A DNA stretch of 63,990 bases, filler included, from an uncultured Myxococcia bacterium (GTDB lineage: Bacteria; CAZTWC01), in assembly GCA_964617105.1 (NCBI GenBank). It is 3 parts of 3 records of this genome, joined end to end, with 100 filler letters (N's around TTAATTAATTAA, not from the genome) between each part and the next. Parts side by side here need not be neighbours in the genome. Positions count along the whole stretch, not along the records: positions 1 to 27,303 come from CAZTWC010000014.1; 2 more parts are not named here. One strand, 5' to 3'. Below the pieces are notes generated by a model, which saw only the letters and a list, made by a program, of their open reading frames with translations, did no database searches and was not told where the DNA came from. How positions within the stretch are numbered: position 1 is the stretch's first letter; each line of letters starts with the position of its first letter. Shown here piece after piece: positions 11,385-22,606 of this stretch. A program made the translations under genes and the position numbers.

Positions 11385-11717
11385 ATGGTTCAGGCAAAAT
11401 TAAAAATGGTTCGCAGATCACCTCAGAAAATGCGGCTAGTAGCGGATATGATCCGGGGTGAAAAAGTGGACAGAGCATTGAATATCTTAAAGTTTTCTCC
11501 CAAGGTATCGGCCAAACATCTTTTAAAGTTGTTGGATTCTGCCATAGCCAATGCTGAAGACCGGGGAGATATGGATACAGAGAATCTCTATGTAAAGATG
11601 ATAAATGTGGATGGAGGTCCCATGGTTAAGAGGTTCAGGCCTCGGGCAATGGGCAGGGCTACCCGCATTTTAAAGCGGACCAGCCATGTAACGCTGGAAT
11701 TGGAAGAACAGGGATAG
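11385..11717 (+). CDS. rplV: 50S ribosomal protein L22
   Basis: [27 protein letters not shown]. Confidence 0.97.
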   Translation: MVQAKLKMVRRSPQKMRLVADMIRGEKVDRALNILKFSPKVSAKHLLKLLDSAIANAEDRGDMDTENLYVKMINVDGGPMVKRFRPRAMGRATRILKRTSHVTLELEEQG

Positions 11718-11748
11718 GATTTACCACCTAAAAAAAAGGAGATTTGTT

Positions 11749-12402
11749 TTGGGTCAGAAAGTTCACCCAACCGGGTTTAGATTGGGAGTTGTCAAAACAT
11801 GGGATTCGTGCTGGTACGTTGAAAATAACTATGCTAAATGGCTCCACGAAGATCTGCAGATAAAAAAATATATTAAAGCTGAGCACTACCAGGCAGGTAT
11901 CTCCAAGATAGAGATTGAGCGTACCACCAAGAAGGTTAAAATAAATATTCATACCGCCAGACCAGGTTTGATTATTGGTAAACGGGGGGAGAATATCGAT
12001 TTCCTCAAAAAAGAGGTACAAAAGTTTACCGAAAACGAAGTTTACATAAACGTTCAACAGGTGCGCAAAATCGAACTTAACTCTCAATTGGTGGCTGAAA
12101 ATGTGGCTATGCAATTGGAACGGCGGGTCTCTTTTCGGCGGGCAATGAAAAAGAGTCTATCCAATGCGATTAAATTGGGCGCCAAAGGGATCAAAATTGG
12201 TTGTGCCGGCAGGCTAGGTGGCGCGGAAATGGCCAGGAGGGAGTGGTACCGGGAAGGTAGAGTGCCTCTGCATACTCTGCGGGCCGACATTGATTATAGT
12301 TACGCTGAGGCTAAAACCACTTATGGCATTATTGGCGTAAAGGTTTGGATTTATAAGGGCGATGTGCTTAAAGATGCCCGGCGGCAGGCTAGAATAATAT
12401 AA
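11749..12402 (+). CDS. rpsC: 30S ribosomal protein S3 (TTG start)
   Basis: [33 protein letters not shown]. Confidence 0.98.
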   Translation: MGQKVHPTGFRLGVVKTWDSCWYVENNYAKWLHEDLQIKKYIKAEHYQAGISKIEIERTTKKVKINIHTARPGLIIGKRGENIDFLKKEVQKFTENEVYINVQQVRKIELNSQLVAENVAMQLERRVSFRRAMKKSLSNAIKLGAKGIKIGCAGRLGGAEMARREWYREGRVPLHTLRADIDYSYAEAKTTYGIIGVKVWIYKGDVLKDARRQARII

Positions 12403-12487
12403 ACCTGGCTATAGAGTTGTAAAAATATTGTTCAAGTGTTTTGCTCAGTAATATGAGATAAGACCATTATTTCTGGAGATAAAATCG

Positions 12488-12904
12488 ATGTTAGCCCCAA
12501 AAAAAGTTAAATATCGTAGAAAAATGAAAGGGCGGATGAGGGGGAAGTCTTATCGCGGAAATCGGGTCAGTTTTGGTGAATACGGAATACAGGCCACTGA
12601 ATGTGGCATAATAACCTCCAGACAAATAGAGGCTGCTCGTATTGCCATCACCCGTTATATTAAAAGAGGCGGTAAGGTTTGGATTAGAGTTTTCCCCGAT
12701 AAACCCATAACCAAGAAACCGGCTGAAACCAGGATGGGTAAAGGTAAGGGACCGCCTGAGGGATGGGTTTGCGTTATCAAACCTGGGCGTATTTTATACG
12801 AACTGGAAGGTGTATCTCATGAAGTTGCCCAGGAGGCTTTTCGGTTGGCTGCTCACAAGTTGCCCTTGGCAACTGTAATGAAGTACAGGACCCCGTCTAT
12901 ATAA
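12488..12904 (+). CDS. rplP: 50S ribosomal protein L16
   Basis: [18 protein letters not shown]. Confidence 0.98.
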   Translation: MLAPKKVKYRRKMKGRMRGKSYRGNRVSFGEYGIQATECGIITSRQIEAARIAITRYIKRGGKVWIRVFPDKPITKKPAETRMGKGKGPPEGWVCVIKPGRILYELEGVSHEVAQEAFRLAAHKLPLATVMKYRTPSI

Positions 12905-12943
12905 ATTGTATAAGCAAGTGATAGAAAGATGAAAGGTAACGAT

Positions 12944-13144
12944 ATGGACGCGAAAGAGTTGAGGGTGAAAAGCAAGGCAGAATTACTCGATTTAGAGAAA
13001 GAGTTAAGGGAGAATCTTTTTCACCTACGTTTTCAGATACAAACAGACCAAACGACAAACTCGGCTAAACTCAGGCATACTAAGCAAGACATAGCCCGGG
13101 TCCTAACCGTATTAGGGGAGATGGACAGAGAAGCCGTTCAGTAA
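12944..13144 (+). CDS. rpmC: 50S ribosomal protein L29
   Basis: ELR..S..EL, LFHLRFQ, DIARVLT; syntenic position; alternative start 12929. Confidence 0.92.
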   Translation: MDAKELRVKSKAELLDLEKELRENLFHLRFQIQTDQTTNSAKLRHTKQDIARVLTVLGEMDREAVQ

Positions 13145-13193
13145 AAATTGATTTATAGCGATAGACTTTATTTAAAAAGGCAAGGTAAGTGAC

Positions 13194-13436
13194 ATGAAGG
13201 CTAAGCAAAAGGGTTTAGTGGTTAGTAATAAGATGGATAAAACAGCGGTAGTAAAGATTACTACCCGTTACCAACATCCACTGTTTAAAAAATATGTGGT
13301 CAGACAAAAAAAATACAAGGTACATGATCCTAACAACGAGTGCAATGTAGGCGATTTGGTAGAATTCCGTCAATGCCGTCCTCTTAGCAAGGAGAAGAGG
13401 TGGTTGGTTACAGGGATTGTAGAGAAAGCAGTGTAG
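13194..13436 (+). CDS. rpsQ: 30S ribosomal protein S17
   Basis: GLVVSNKMDKT, HPLFKK, RPLSKEKRW. Confidence 0.96.
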   Translation: MKAKQKGLVVSNKMDKTAVVKITTRYQHPLFKKYVVRQKKYKVHDPNNECNVGDLVEFRQCRPLSKEKRWLVTGIVEKAV

Positions 13437-13488
13437 ATATGTCGGTTGTCGATAACAGCACATCACTGTTCTCAACGACCTTAGTTTA
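13433..13488. repeat. Intergenic hairpin repeat unit A (rpsQ-rplN)
   Basis: GTAGATATGTCGGTTGTCGATAAC...ACGACCTT; first 24 nt match 14058-14081 at 23/24 positions. Confidence 0.7.
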
Positions 13489-13552
13489 TCTAGATAGTAG
13501 TTTTTGAAAGAGATAAATAGATTTTTGATTTTTGTTTCGAAGGTATAATACA

Positions 13553-13921
13553 ATGATTCAGATGCAGAGCGTATTAGATGTGGCTGATAATTCTGGTGCT
13601 AAAAAAGTGATGTGCATCAAGGTATTGGGGGGCAGCAAGAGGAGATTCGCCAGTATCGGGGATATTATTGTGGTAACAGTGAAGGAAGCGATACCCAATT
13701 CAAAGGTGGAAAAGGGAACGGTTTTAAAGGCAGTGGTAGTAAGAACTGCCAAAGAGATAGCCCGTAGCGATGGTTCTTATATAAAATTTGATAACAATTC
13801 AGCGGTGCTGCTCTCTAACCAGATGGAGCCAGTAGGCAACCGTATTTTTGGCCCGGTGGCTCGAGAGTTGAGGGTTAAGAATTTTTCGAAGATAATATCA
13901 TTAGCCCCCGAGGTTCTGTAA
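13553..13921 (+). CDS. rplN: 50S ribosomal protein L14
   Basis: [27 protein letters not shown]. Confidence 0.98.
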   Translation: MIQMQSVLDVADNSGAKKVMCIKVLGGSKRRFASIGDIIVVTVKEAIPNSKVEKGTVLKAVVVRTAKEIARSDGSYIKFDNNSAVLLSNQMEPVGNRIFGPVARELRVKNFSKIISLAPEVL

Positions 13922-14058
13922 TGTGTCGGCCAAAGATAGCAGCGCATCTACGGCGTTGCCAGCCACGATTTAATACTCGGCGTATTATTCATACGCCTGC
14001 GTTTAAATCGCGTCTAGCGCCTTGTATCTGCACTACTCTCTTTGACCTTTTAGTTTAG
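13921..14058. repeat. About 130-bp imperfect-palindrome element (MITE/REP-like), unit B
   Basis: Nested stems GGCCAAAGA/TCTTTGACC, CGATTTAA/TTAAATCG, GGCGTAT/ATACGCC; core shared with 40316-40340. Confidence 0.7.
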
Positions 14059-14090
14059 TAGATATGTCGGTCGTCGATAACCACGACCTT
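14058..14090. repeat. Intergenic hairpin repeat unit C (minimal form)
   Basis: GTAGATATGTC-GGTCGT-CGATAACC-ACGACC-TT; near-identical to the ends of unit A. Confidence 0.7.
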
Positions 14091-14124
14091 TAAAAGAAGA
14101 TATTGCTAATAAGGAATTGCAATA

Positions 14125-14439
14125 ATGTTTGTTAAAAAAAATGATACGGTAGAAGTTATTTACGGCAAAGATAGAGGAAAGCGTAGCAAGGTAATAGAGA
14201 TTTTGCCGAATAAAAATAAACTTCGGCTCGAAAATTTACAGATGGTAAAAAAACACCTCAAGCCGAACCAAAATAAGTCTACCCCCCAGGGAGGGATTAT
14301 TGACAAACCGGCGCTGATCGATGCCTCCAATATTATGGTGGTGTGCCCCTCTTGCAGCCAAACTACTAGAATCGGCCGTAGGATGGAGGATAACTTCAGG
14401 ATCAGATACTGCCGGAAGTGTGATCATAATATCGAATAA
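14125..14439 (+). CDS. rplX: 50S ribosomal protein L24
   Basis: [19 protein letters not shown] motif, GGII, C-terminal CxxC pairs; syntenic position. Confidence 0.95.
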   Translation: MFVKKNDTVEVIYGKDRGKRSKVIEILPNKNKLRLENLQMVKKHLKPNQNKSTPQGGIIDKPALIDASNIMVVCPSCSQTTRIGRRMEDNFRIRYCRKCDHNIE

Positions 14440-14468
14440 CTTTTAAGTTTAAAACAGAGATTAGAACC

Positions 14469-15077
14469 ATGAGTAACACTAGCAAAAAGAACAACAAGGA
14501 AAACCAGGAAAACCAGGAAAAAGGTGAACAATATATTCCCCGGTTAAAACAGCGATACCGGGAGGAGATTGTCCCAACTTTGTTAAAAGAGTTGAACTAT
14601 TCCAATATTATGCAGGTGCCCAGGTTATCTAAAATAACCCTGAATATGGGGCTGGGAGAGGCGATTCAGAATGTTAAAATATTAGATTCTGCCGCGGTAG
14701 AGATGGCAACAATTGCGGGCCAAAAGCCGGTGATTACCAAAGCCAAAAAGTCCATTGCCTCGTTTAAACTCCGGACCGGCATGAAAATAGGTTGCATGGT
14801 TACATTGCGCAGCGACAAGATGTATGAATTTTTTGATCGGTTGGTGAACATTGCCTTACCCAGGGTAAGGGACTTCAGGGGCGTTTCAACAAAGTCATTT
14901 GATGGTCGGGGCAATTTTTCCATGGGTATTAAAGAGCAAATAATTTTTCCCGAAATCAATTACGACAAAATCGACAAGATTAAGGGATTAAATATCAACA
15001 TAGCAACAACCGCCGTAAAAGATGAAGATGGTCTTGCCCTGTTAAAGAAATTGGGTATGCCTTTTAGGCGCAATTAA
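14469..15077 (+). CDS. rplE: 50S ribosomal protein L5 (with N-terminal extension)
   Basis: [24 protein letters not shown]. Confidence 0.97.
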   Translation: MSNTSKKNNKENQENQEKGEQYIPRLKQRYREEIVPTLLKELNYSNIMQVPRLSKITLNMGLGEAIQNVKILDSAAVEMATIAGQKPVITKAKKSIASFKLRTGMKIGCMVTLRSDKMYEFFDRLVNIALPRVRDFRGVSTKSFDGRGNFSMGIKEQIIFPEINYDKIDKIKGLNINIATTAVKDEDGLALLKKLGMPFRRN

Positions 15078-15088
15078 GGGGAAATACT

Positions 15089-15274
15089 GTGGCAAAAAAA
15101 TCGATGAGGGTAAGGGCCAGCAGAAAGCAAAAATTTAAGGTTAGAGAGTATAACCGCTGTCCATTATGTGGCAGACCCAGAGCCTATTTGCGTAAGTTCG
15201 ATATGTGCAGGATTTGTTTTAGAACCCGGGCCCTGCAGGGAGAGATACCCGGGGTAATAAAGGCTAGTTGGTAA
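15089..15274 (+). CDS. rpsN: 30S ribosomal protein S14, zinc-binding type Z
   Basis: 61 aa, [21 protein letters not shown]. Confidence 0.97.
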   Translation: MAKKSMRVRASRKQKFKVREYNRCPLCGRPRAYLRKFDMCRICFRTRALQGEIPGVIKASW

Positions 15275-15319
15275 GAGATGGAATTAATCCAGATGAGGTA
15301 ACAAAAGAGGTATTAATAA

Positions 15320-15715
15320 ATGACAATGACAGATCCCATTGCCGACCTGTTGACCAGGATTAGAAACGGTCTCAGGGCAAAAAAAGAGCAGGTGATAGTA
15401 CCGGCCTCCAAGATGAAACTGCGTATCAGTGAGATATTGAAAGAGGAAGGCTATATTAATGATTACCAAATTGTTAATGATAATAAACAGGGGATAATAA
15501 CTATCGACCTAAAATACAAGCAGGGAAAGAGCGTTATCGCTACACTGAAGAGGATCAGTAAACCTGGATTGAGAACATATGTGGATACAGACCATATTCC
15601 CAGGGTGACAAATGGCTATGGGATAGCCATTCTATCAACTACCAGAGGAGTTATGGTGGACAGGCAAGCCCGGAAGGAGCACGTCGGTGGAGAGTGGCTC
15701 TGTTCAATTTGGTAA
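15320..15715 (+). CDS. rpsH: 30S ribosomal protein S8
   Basis: [29 protein letters not shown]. Confidence 0.97.
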   Translation: MTMTDPIADLLTRIRNGLRAKKEQVIVPASKMKLRISEILKEEGYINDYQIVNDNKQGIITIDLKYKQGKSVIATLKRISKPGLRTYVDTDHIPRVTNGYGIAILSTTRGVMVDRQARKEHVGGEWLCSIW

Positions 15716-15749
15716 ATCTGGGAGATAATTAAAACACAAGGAACAAACC

Positions 15750-16295
15750 ATGTCCAGGATAGGTAAACAACCGATCACAGTGCCCAAAGAGGCTAAGGTC
15801 GAATTAAAAGGTAACTATATCAAGATAAATGGTCCTTTGGGTGAATTGGAATACAATATTCCTTATGAAATAGAAACCCTTAGGGAAGAGGACCAGTTAA
15901 TTGTTAAAATCAAAAGGAAAACCAAACGTTCACCCGCTATGTGGGGATTGGTCAGAGCAGTGATCAACAACATGGTAGTCGGAGTGACCAAAGGTTTTTC
16001 TAAGAAGTTGTTAATAAAAGGAACTGGATATAAAGCGGAAAAGGGCAGTGACAGCATTACCCTGTCTTTGGGCTATTCACACCAGATTATTTTTCCTATC
16101 CCCAAAGGGGTGGATATTCAGGTGGCAAAAGATAACAGTATAACTGTTTCAGGATACGATAAGGCATTGGTGGGTAACGTGACGGCAAAGATCAGGAATT
16201 TGCGGCCACCAAATGCTTATGCGAAAGCCGGTAAAGGGGTCATGTATGCTGATGAAACCTTGAGAATTAAAGAGCGTAAGAGCGCCGGGGCATAA
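15750..16295 (+). CDS. rplF: 50S ribosomal protein L6
   Basis: MSRIGKQPI, LGYSH, GKGV. Confidence 0.95.
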   Translation: MSRIGKQPITVPKEAKVELKGNYIKINGPLGELEYNIPYEIETLREEDQLIVKIKRKTKRSPAMWGLVRAVINNMVVGVTKGFSKKLLIKGTGYKAEKGSDSITLSLGYSHQIIFPIPKGVDIQVAKDNSITVSGYDKALVGNVTAKIRNLRPPNAYAKAGKGVMYADETLRIKERKSAGA

Positions 16296-16320
16296 TTATT
16301 AACTGCATACTATCTGGCAG

Positions 16321-16686
16321 GTGGACAAGATGGACAAGAAAAAATGGTTTAGAAAAAAAAAGAGTATTAGAAAAAAATTAAGCGGTACTTTTCAGAGACC
16401 GAGGATGACAGTTTTTAGAAGTGCTCGTCATATCTTTGCTCAGGTGATTGACGATGTTGAGGGTAAAACTTTAGTATCCGCCAGCACTCTAGATAAAGAT
16501 GTGAAGGAAAAAATATCGGCCGAGATGGACAAGAAAACTAAGGCTGAGGTGGTCGGCCGTGTAATCGCTGAAAAGTGCAAGACCAAAGAGATAGAAAAAA
16601 TAGTTTTTGACCGTAATGGATTTGCTTATCATGGTCGGATAAAAAAATTGGCTGATAGCAGCCGTAAACATGGCCTGATTTTTTAG
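16321..16686 (+). CDS. rplR: 50S ribosomal protein L18
   Basis: [26 protein letters not shown]. Confidence 0.97.
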   Translation: MDKMDKKKWFRKKKSIRKKLSGTFQRPRMTVFRSARHIFAQVIDDVEGKTLVSASTLDKDVKEKISAEMDKKTKAEVVGRVIAEKCKTKEIEKIVFDRNGFAYHGRIKKLADSSRKHGLIF

Positions 16687-16748
16687 CGCATATTTTAATT
16701 TCCCCTTTATTTAATCAATTATTAATAAGAGGGAGAAATAGAAATGAG

Positions 16749-17270
16749 ATGGAGGAGAAGTTGGAGAAGTTGGAGAAAAGGGAAAAAGATGATCTGATTG
16801 AACGTGTAGTGCATATCAACCGGGTAGCCAAAGTGGTTAAAGGTGGACGGCGTTTTAGTTTCAGTGCCTTGGTAGTGGTGGGTGATGGTTCTGGCAGTGT
16901 GGGCATAGGAATGGGAAAGGCCAATGAGGTTCCCGATGCCATTCGTAAGGGCAGTGAAAAGGCCCGTAAAAGCCAGCACAAGGTGCCGGTGATAAATAAA
17001 TCTATCCCCCACGATGTTATCGGACGTTTTGGCGCTGGTAATGTTTTGTTGAGGAAGGCTTCTCCCGGAACCGGAGTTATTGCCGGTGGACCGGTGAGGG
17101 CAGTGGTTGAAGCGGCGGGAATTGAAGACATTTTGACCAAATGCTTGGGCTCCCACAATCCTCACAATATGGTCAAGGCTACTATGGACGCTCTGCTGCA
17201 ACTGAAGGATGCCAGGGAATATGCCCGATTGAGGGATAAGACTCCAGAAGAGCTCATGGATAATAATTGA
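16749..17270 (+). CDS. rpsE: 30S ribosomal protein S5
   Basis: [25 protein letters not shown]. Confidence 0.97.
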   Translation: MEEKLEKLEKREKDDLIERVVHINRVAKVVKGGRRFSFSALVVVGDGSGSVGIGMGKANEVPDAIRKGSEKARKSQHKVPVINKSIPHDVIGRFGAGNVLLRKASPGTGVIAGGPVRAVVEAAGIEDILTKCLGSHNPHNMVKATMDALLQLKDAREYARLRDKTPEELMDNN

Positions 17271-17281
17271 GGAGAGGTTAA

Positions 17282-17485
17282 ATGGCCGGTGAAAATAAAA
17301 CCGAAAAAAAGTTGAAAGTAACGCTGGTAAAAAGTGGTATTGGACGGACACAGAGGCAAAAAAATACCATCAAAGCGCTAGGGTTGACAAAGTTAAACCA
17401 GACCAGGGAAATACCGGACTCCCCTCAGGTTAGAGGAATGGTAAAAAAGATTTTGCATCTGGTTAAGTTTGAAGAGGTGATCTAA
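17282..17485 (+). CDS. rpmD: 50S ribosomal protein L30
   Basis: [20 protein letters not shown]. Confidence 0.95.
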   Translation: MAGENKTEKKLKVTLVKSGIGRTQRQKNTIKALGLTKLNQTREIPDSPQVRGMVKKILHLVKFEEVI

Positions 17486-17925
17486 TGGAACTCTACAATT
17501 TAAAACCATCATCGGGCTCGGTAAAAAAGAGAAAGAGAGTTGGCCGGGGCCGGGGCAGTGGATTTGGCAAAACCTGTGGCCGAGGTCACAAAGGTTTGGG
17601 CTCCCGCTCGTCCGGTAATGTGCGGCGCGGTTTTGAGGGTGGTCAAATGCCTTTACAGAGAAGGATACCAAAAAGAGGCTTTAAAAATATTTTCAGTAAA
17701 AGTTATGCTATTTTAAATGTGGATCGCTTAAACTTTTTTGAAGCTGACAGCGTAGTGGAACCCACCATGTTGTTGGAAAAAAAGGTGATTAAAAAGTTGG
17801 ACGATGGTTTGAAAATTCTGGGTAATGGAGAGTTGAAGGTTCCATTGACCGTAAAGGCTCATAAAGTAAGTAAAACCGCCCGGGAAAAAATCGAGGCGGT
17901 TGGCGGCAAAATTGAACTGCTATAA
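17485..17925 (+). CDS. rplO: 50S ribosomal protein L15
   Basis: [28 protein letters not shown]. Confidence 0.97.
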   Translation: MELYNLKPSSGSVKKRKRVGRGRGSGFGKTCGRGHKGLGSRSSGNVRRGFEGGQMPLQRRIPKRGFKNIFSKSYAILNVDRLNFFEADSVVEPTMLLEKKVIKKLDDGLKILGNGELKVPLTVKAHKVSKTAREKIEAVGGKIELL

Positions 17926-17942
17926 AGGCGAAAAAACTAATT

Positions 17943-19262
17943 ATGGTAACTGAAGGTGTTGGCAATATAACCAAAATTCCGGAACTGCGTAAGCGGATTT
18001 TGTTTACCATAGCTATGCTGGGTATATACAGGATTGGTATTTTTATTACTTCCCCAGGTGTTGACCGGGTGGTGTTGAAGAAAATATTTGGCGCAGCCAG
18101 TGGGACGCTGTTTAGCCTGTTTAATTTGTTTTCCGGGGGCGCTTTGGAGCAAATGTCTATTTTTGCTTTAGGGATCATGCCCTATATTAGTGCTTCAATT
18201 ATTTTACAATTATTAACTGTGGTGATTCCCACCCTGGATCGATTGAAAAAAGAGGGTGAGGTTGGCCAGAAGAAAATAAATCAGTATACCAGGTATGGCA
18301 CTGTATTGCTGAGTGTTATTCAGGGATTTGGTATCGCCCACTATCTGGAAAGTTTAAAAGGTGGTGCCGGCGAATTGGTGGTGCATGAACCAGGTATGAC
18401 TTTTAAGTTTATAACCGTCATCAGTTTAACTACTGGAACCGCTTTTATCATGTGGTTGGGGGAGCAAATTACCGCCAAAGGGATCGGCAATGGGATATCG
18501 ATGATTATATTTGCCGGGATTGTGGCCAGAACTCCTGATGCAATTTTTCAAACCATCACCATGTTTCGCCAAGACATTATCAAACTTATGCCGTTGCTTG
18601 GCTTGGTAATATTAATGCTGGTTATTATTGTAGTGATAATTTTCTTTGAAAGGGGGCAGCGGCGAATACCGGTTCAATACCGAAAGCGGATGGTAGGGCG
18701 CAAGATGTACGCTGGGCAGAGTTCTTATTTACCTTTAAAGGTAAACACTGCCGGGGTGATACCTCCTATTTTTGCATCTTCCATATTGCTTTTCCCCGCT
18801 ACTATGGCATCTTTTGTTCAAGTTCCCTGGATCAACGATATCCAATATGCCCTTTCACCTGGCAGTTGGATTTATAACACCGTTTACGTAGGAATGATCA
18901 TATTCTTCTGTTACTTTTATACTGCAGTTACTTTTAATCCCGATGATGTGGCAGAAAATATAAAGAAAAACGGCGGTTCAGTTCCTGGTATCCGGGCTGG
19001 TAAGAAAACCGCTGAATATATTGATAAAGTACTAACCCGTATAACTTTTGGCGGTGCTCTATATATCTCTGTAATATGTGTGCTTCCAACCATTTTGATG
19101 GACAAGTTTTCTATCCCCTTCTACTTTGGCGGCACATCGCTGCTGATTGTGGTTGGAGTAGCTCTGGATACTGCACAGCAGATTGAAAGTCATCTTATAA
19201 CCAGGCATTATGATGGTTTTTCCGGTGGCGGCGGAGCCCGTATCAGGGGTAGAAGAGGCTGA
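17943..19262 (+). CDS. secY: Preprotein translocase subunit SecY
   Basis: [34 protein letters not shown]. Confidence 0.98.
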   Translation: MVTEGVGNITKIPELRKRILFTIAMLGIYRIGIFITSPGVDRVVLKKIFGAASGTLFSLFNLFSGGALEQMSIFALGIMPYISASIILQLLTVVIPTLDRLKKEGEVGQKKINQYTRYGTVLLSVIQGFGIAHYLESLKGGAGELVVHEPGMTFKFITVISLTTGTAFIMWLGEQITAKGIGNGISMIIFAGIVARTPDAIFQTITMFRQDIIKLMPLLGLVILMLVIIVVIIFFERGQRRIPVQYRKRMVGRKMYAGQSSYLPLKVNTAGVIPPIFASSILLFPATMASFVQVPWINDIQYALSPGSWIYNTVYVGMIIFFCYFYTAVTFNPDDVAENIKKNGGSVPGIRAGKKTAEYIDKVLTRITFGGALYISVICVLPTILMDKFSIPFYFGGTSLLIVVGVALDTAQQIESHLITRHYDGFSGGGGARIRGRRG

Positions 19263-19293
19263 TTAATTAAAGAAGAATAGAAGGAATGATGCC

Positions 19294-19941
19294 ATGATCA
19301 GTATTTTTTTAGGACCTCCGGGAGCAGGTAAAGGAACCCAGGCCAAACAAATAGCCAAGGAGTTTTCTATCCCTCATATCTCCACCGGGGATATTTTTAG
19401 GGGAGAGATCAAAAATGAAACCCCTCTGGGCAAAAAAGTAAAGAGTTTTCTGGATAATGGTGAATTGGTACCGGATGAGATTACCATTGAAATCATCAAG
19501 GGAAGATTAGTAAAGGATGACTGTAAAGGCGGTTTTATTTTAGACGGATTTCCCAGAACGGTAAATCAAGCCAAAGCCCTGGACAATCTATTTGCCCAGG
19601 ATATGGGACTTAAACTGGACAAGGTGATCAACATTGAAGTTTCCGATGCTGAATTGCTCAAGAGACTGACCGGAAGACGGATTTGTAGGGAGTGTGGAAA
19701 CGAGTATCATCTAGTTTTTAAGCCTACAGCCAAAGAAGGCATCTGTGATGCTTGCTCAGGCCCACTTTATCATAGGGATGATGATACTGAATTGGTCATT
19801 AAAGACCGGATAGAAGTCTTCCGTAAGATGACCAGCCCCCTGGTTGATTATTACCGGGATGCCGGCAAATTGACTTCAGTTGGCGGCGAAGCAGGTATTG
19901 AGACAATCTTTCTTCGCATTAAAGAGCAATTTAGTAATTAA
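19294..19941 (+). CDS. adk: Adenylate kinase
   Basis: GPPGAGKGTQ, LDGFPR, Zn-lid CxxC..CxxC. Confidence 0.97.
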   Translation: MISIFLGPPGAGKGTQAKQIAKEFSIPHISTGDIFRGEIKNETPLGKKVKSFLDNGELVPDEITIEIIKGRLVKDDCKGGFILDGFPRTVNQAKALDNLFAQDMGLKLDKVINIEVSDAELLKRLTGRRICRECGNEYHLVFKPTAKEGICDACSGPLYHRDDDTELVIKDRIEVFRKMTSPLVDYYRDAGKLTSVGGEAGIETIFLRIKEQFSN

Positions 19942-19967
19942 GCAACCTTTAAAGCCCCTACTGTTTA

Positions 19968-20717
19968 ATGATAATTTTAAAATCTTCTGAAGAAATAGAG
20001 AAGATGAGAGGAGCAAATCTCCTGGTAAGGGAATGTTTATCCCAACTGAGAGAAATAATTAAGCCTGGCATAACAACTTATGCAATTGACCGGCTGGCAG
20101 AGAATTTTTGCCGGAAGAAAAACTGTAAACCGGCATTTAAAGGTTACAAGGGGTTTCCTGGTAGTGTTTGTGTGTCGATAAACTACGAGGTTGTCCACGG
20201 TATACCATCGAAGAAGAGGCGGTTGAACCAGGGCGATATCATTAGTATCGATTTTGGGGTTATCAAATCTGGATATGTAGGTGATTCAGCCATTACGGTT
20301 GGGGTAGGTAAAATATCTCCAGATGCCCAAGAATTAATAAAGGTTACCAGAGAGGCGCTAGCAATAGGGATTGCCGCATGCAAGGTTGGAAATAGGGTCA
20401 AGGATATTGGCCGCGCTATTGAGCCTTTTGTCAAGAAGAATAGTTTTTCGGTGGTTAGAGAATTCGTAGGGCATGGTATTGGTAGCAACATGCATGAGGA
20501 ACCGGCAGTTCCAAATTATTACGACAGGAGTGCCGGAACAAAATTGCATGAGGGGATGGTTATAGCCATCGAGCCCATGATAAACCAGGGTACCTATGAA
20601 GTTGATGTGTTGGCAGATGGCTGGACAACGGTGACCAGAGACCGGAAACTTTCAGCCCATTTTGAACATTCTGTGGCGATCACCTCAAATGGACCGTATG
20701 TTTTAAGTAGACTTTAG
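19968..20717 (+). CDS. map: Methionine aminopeptidase type I
   Basis: VVHGIP, GHGIG..MHEEP, AIEPM, SAHFEHS. Confidence 0.97.
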   Translation: MIILKSSEEIEKMRGANLLVRECLSQLREIIKPGITTYAIDRLAENFCRKKNCKPAFKGYKGFPGSVCVSINYEVVHGIPSKKRRLNQGDIISIDFGVIKSGYVGDSAITVGVGKISPDAQELIKVTREALAIGIAACKVGNRVKDIGRAIEPFVKKNSFSVVREFVGHGIGSNMHEEPAVPNYYDRSAGTKLHEGMVIAIEPMINQGTYEVDVLADGWTTVTRDRKLSAHFEHSVAITSNGPYVLSRL

Positions 20718-20747
20718 TAAGGTTAGCAAGGTTAGGAAATAGCAAAT

Positions 20748-20969
20748 ATGGCCAAACAAGACGCCATCGAAATTGAGGGTGTGGTTACCGAAACATTGCC
20801 TAATGCCATGTTTAGGGTTAAATTAGAAAACGAGCACATAATTTTGGCCCATATCTCTGGCAAGATGCGAATGAAGTTTATTCGAATATTACCTGGTGAC
20901 CGGGTAAAATTGGAGGTATCTCCCTATGATTTAAATCGGGGGAGAATTACCTACCGGCTGGGCAAATAG
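20748..20969 (+). CDS. infA: Translation initiation factor IF-1
   Basis: [25 protein letters not shown]. Confidence 0.98.
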   Translation: MAKQDAIEIEGVVTETLPNAMFRVKLENEHIILAHISGKMRMKFIRILPGDRVKLEVSPYDLNRGRITYRLGK

Positions 20970-20992
20970 AATTTTGGACCGTGGAGAAAATT

Positions 20993-21106
20993 ATGAAGGT
21001 GCGTGCATCGATAAAAAAAATTTGTGATAAATGTAAAATAGTAAAACGCAAAGGGATTTTAAGAGTACTCTGTGAAAACCCTAAGCACAAGCAACGTCAG
21101 GGTTGA
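20993..21106 (+). CDS. rpmJ: 50S ribosomal protein L36 (below ORF-track size cut-off)
   Basis: Read by hand: [37 protein letters not shown], 37 aa, GGAG SD. Confidence 0.97.
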   Translation: MKVRASIKKICDKCKIVKRKGILRVLCENPKHKQRQG

Positions 21107-21140
21107 TGGCGTATAAAAACTTTTTTGAAGGGAGGTAATT

Positions 21141-21509
21141 TTGGTTCGTATCACAGGCGTTGACTTGCCAAAAAACAAACAGGTCGAGATAGCCCTTACC
21201 TATATTTACGGCATAGGCCGTTCAAGCGCCAGGGAATTACTTGACAAAGCAAATATAGATTGGAGCAAACGGACAGATAATCTAACCGAGGAAGATGTCA
21301 AGAATATCAGGAATCTAATTGACGATGAATATAAAGTTGAAGGAGATCTTCGCAAACAGATCTCTATGGACATTAAGCGGTTGATGGACCTGGGATGCTA
21401 TCGTGGGCTAAGGCACAGAAGGGGTCTTCCTGTTCATGGTCAGCGGACACATACCAATGCCAGGACCCGTAAAGGCCCGAGAAGAGCAATTGGCGGTAAA
21501 AGGAGATAG
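21141..21509 (+). CDS. rpsM: 30S ribosomal protein S13 (TTG start)
   Basis: [34 protein letters not shown]. Confidence 0.98.
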   Translation: MVRITGVDLPKNKQVEIALTYIYGIGRSSARELLDKANIDWSKRTDNLTEEDVKNIRNLIDDEYKVEGDLRKQISMDIKRLMDLGCYRGLRHRRGLPVHGQRTHTNARTRKGPRRAIGGKRR

Positions 21510-21511
21510 CA

Positions 21512-21904
21512 ATGGCTGCACCAAAACGTAGTGGCAAAAAGAAAAAGATAAAAAAGAATGTTCCCAATGGTATTGTTCATGTTCAATCTACCTTTAACAA
21601 TACTATTATCAATATAACCGATCTAAACGGCAATACCATCGCCTGGTCGTCTGCTGGCACTAAAGGATTCAAAGGATCCCGGAAAAGCACTCCTTTCGCG
21701 GCCCAGATGGCCACTGAAGATGCTGCCAAAAAAGCCCAGGATCATGGGATGAAAAATGTTGGCGTTTATATTAAAGGTCCAGGTGCTGGCCGGGAATCTT
21801 CCCTGCGCGCATTACAGACTGCCGGTTTTAAAATAAACATAATCAGGGATGTTACTCCCATTCCCCATAATGGCTGCCGTCCTCCCAAGAGAAGGCGGGT
21901 TTAA
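21512..21904 (+). CDS. rpsK: 30S ribosomal protein S11
   Basis: [31 protein letters not shown]. Confidence 0.98.
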   Translation: MAAPKRSGKKKKIKKNVPNGIVHVQSTFNNTIINITDLNGNTIAWSSAGTKGFKGSRKSTPFAAQMATEDAAKKAQDHGMKNVGVYIKGPGAGRESSLRALQTAGFKINIIRDVTPIPHNGCRPPKRRRV

Positions 21905-21966
21905 GGGGTAAAACTAAAAAAAAACTAGACTTTATTTTATCCAGTATAAATTGTTAGGAGGCAAAA

Positions 21967-22593
21967 GTGGCTCGTTATAGAGGAGCAAAATGTCGTCTTT
22001 GTAGGCGCGAAAGAACCAAACTCTTTTTAAAGGGCGAAAGGTGTTACACCGATACTTGTTCTATGGAAAGAAAACCAACTCCACCCGGAATTCATGGACA
22101 GGGCAGATTTAAGCAGAGCGAATATGGAATGCAGTTGCGCGAAAAACAGAAAGTTCGCAGGATTTATGGAGTATTGGAAAAGCAATTCCGGACATATTTT
22201 AAAATGGCCGATAGGAAAAAGGGAGTTACTGGCGAGCATTTGTTGAGTTTTTTGGAGCGCAGACTGGATAATGTAATTTATCGAATGGGATTTTCCAGAA
22301 GCAGGGATGAAGCCAGGCAAATGGTAACTCATGGCCATTTTCAAGTAAATGCTCGAAAAGTACGCACGCCATCCTTTTTAGTAAAGGTTGGTGATGAGGT
22401 AGTTTTAAAAGAAAAAAGTCGCAAAATGGACAGAGTACTAGATGCTATTGAAACGGTAAAACGCCGTGAGATCCCCGAGTGGCTGGAGCCTGATCTTCCA
22501 AATTTTAAAGGGACAGTTACCGAGTTCCCTCGCCGTGAAAATATTACCATGGAGATTCAAGAAAAATTGATAGTAGAACTTTACTCAAAATAA
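21967..22593 (+). CDS. rpsD: 30S ribosomal protein S4
   Basis: ARYRG..CRLCRR, QLREKQK, LERRLDN, IVELYSK. Confidence 0.98.
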   Translation: MARYRGAKCRLCRRERTKLFLKGERCYTDTCSMERKPTPPGIHGQGRFKQSEYGMQLREKQKVRRIYGVLEKQFRTYFKMADRKKGVTGEHLLSFLERRLDNVIYRMGFSRSRDEARQMVTHGHFQVNARKVRTPSFLVKVGDEVVLKEKSRKMDRVLDAIETVKRREIPEWLEPDLPNFKGTVTEFPRRENITMEIQEKLIVELYSK

Positions 22594-22606
22594 GCAGGGA
22601 TAAATT

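Noticed and set aside
13525-13549. TATAAT upstream of rplN as a spc promoter
   Set aside because: Only 3 nt from the ATG, adjoins the SD-like AAGG, and has no properly spaced -35
13433-14090. Possible mini-CRISPR or attC array from the repeated 24-mer
   Set aside because: Only two close copies, separated by the whole rplN gene; no regular spacers, cas genes or integrase
16715-17351. Long antisense ORFs over ribosomal and other genes (e.g. 16722-17351, 38065-38691)
   Set aside because: Shadow ORFs opposite well-supported genes, with no recognisable motifs
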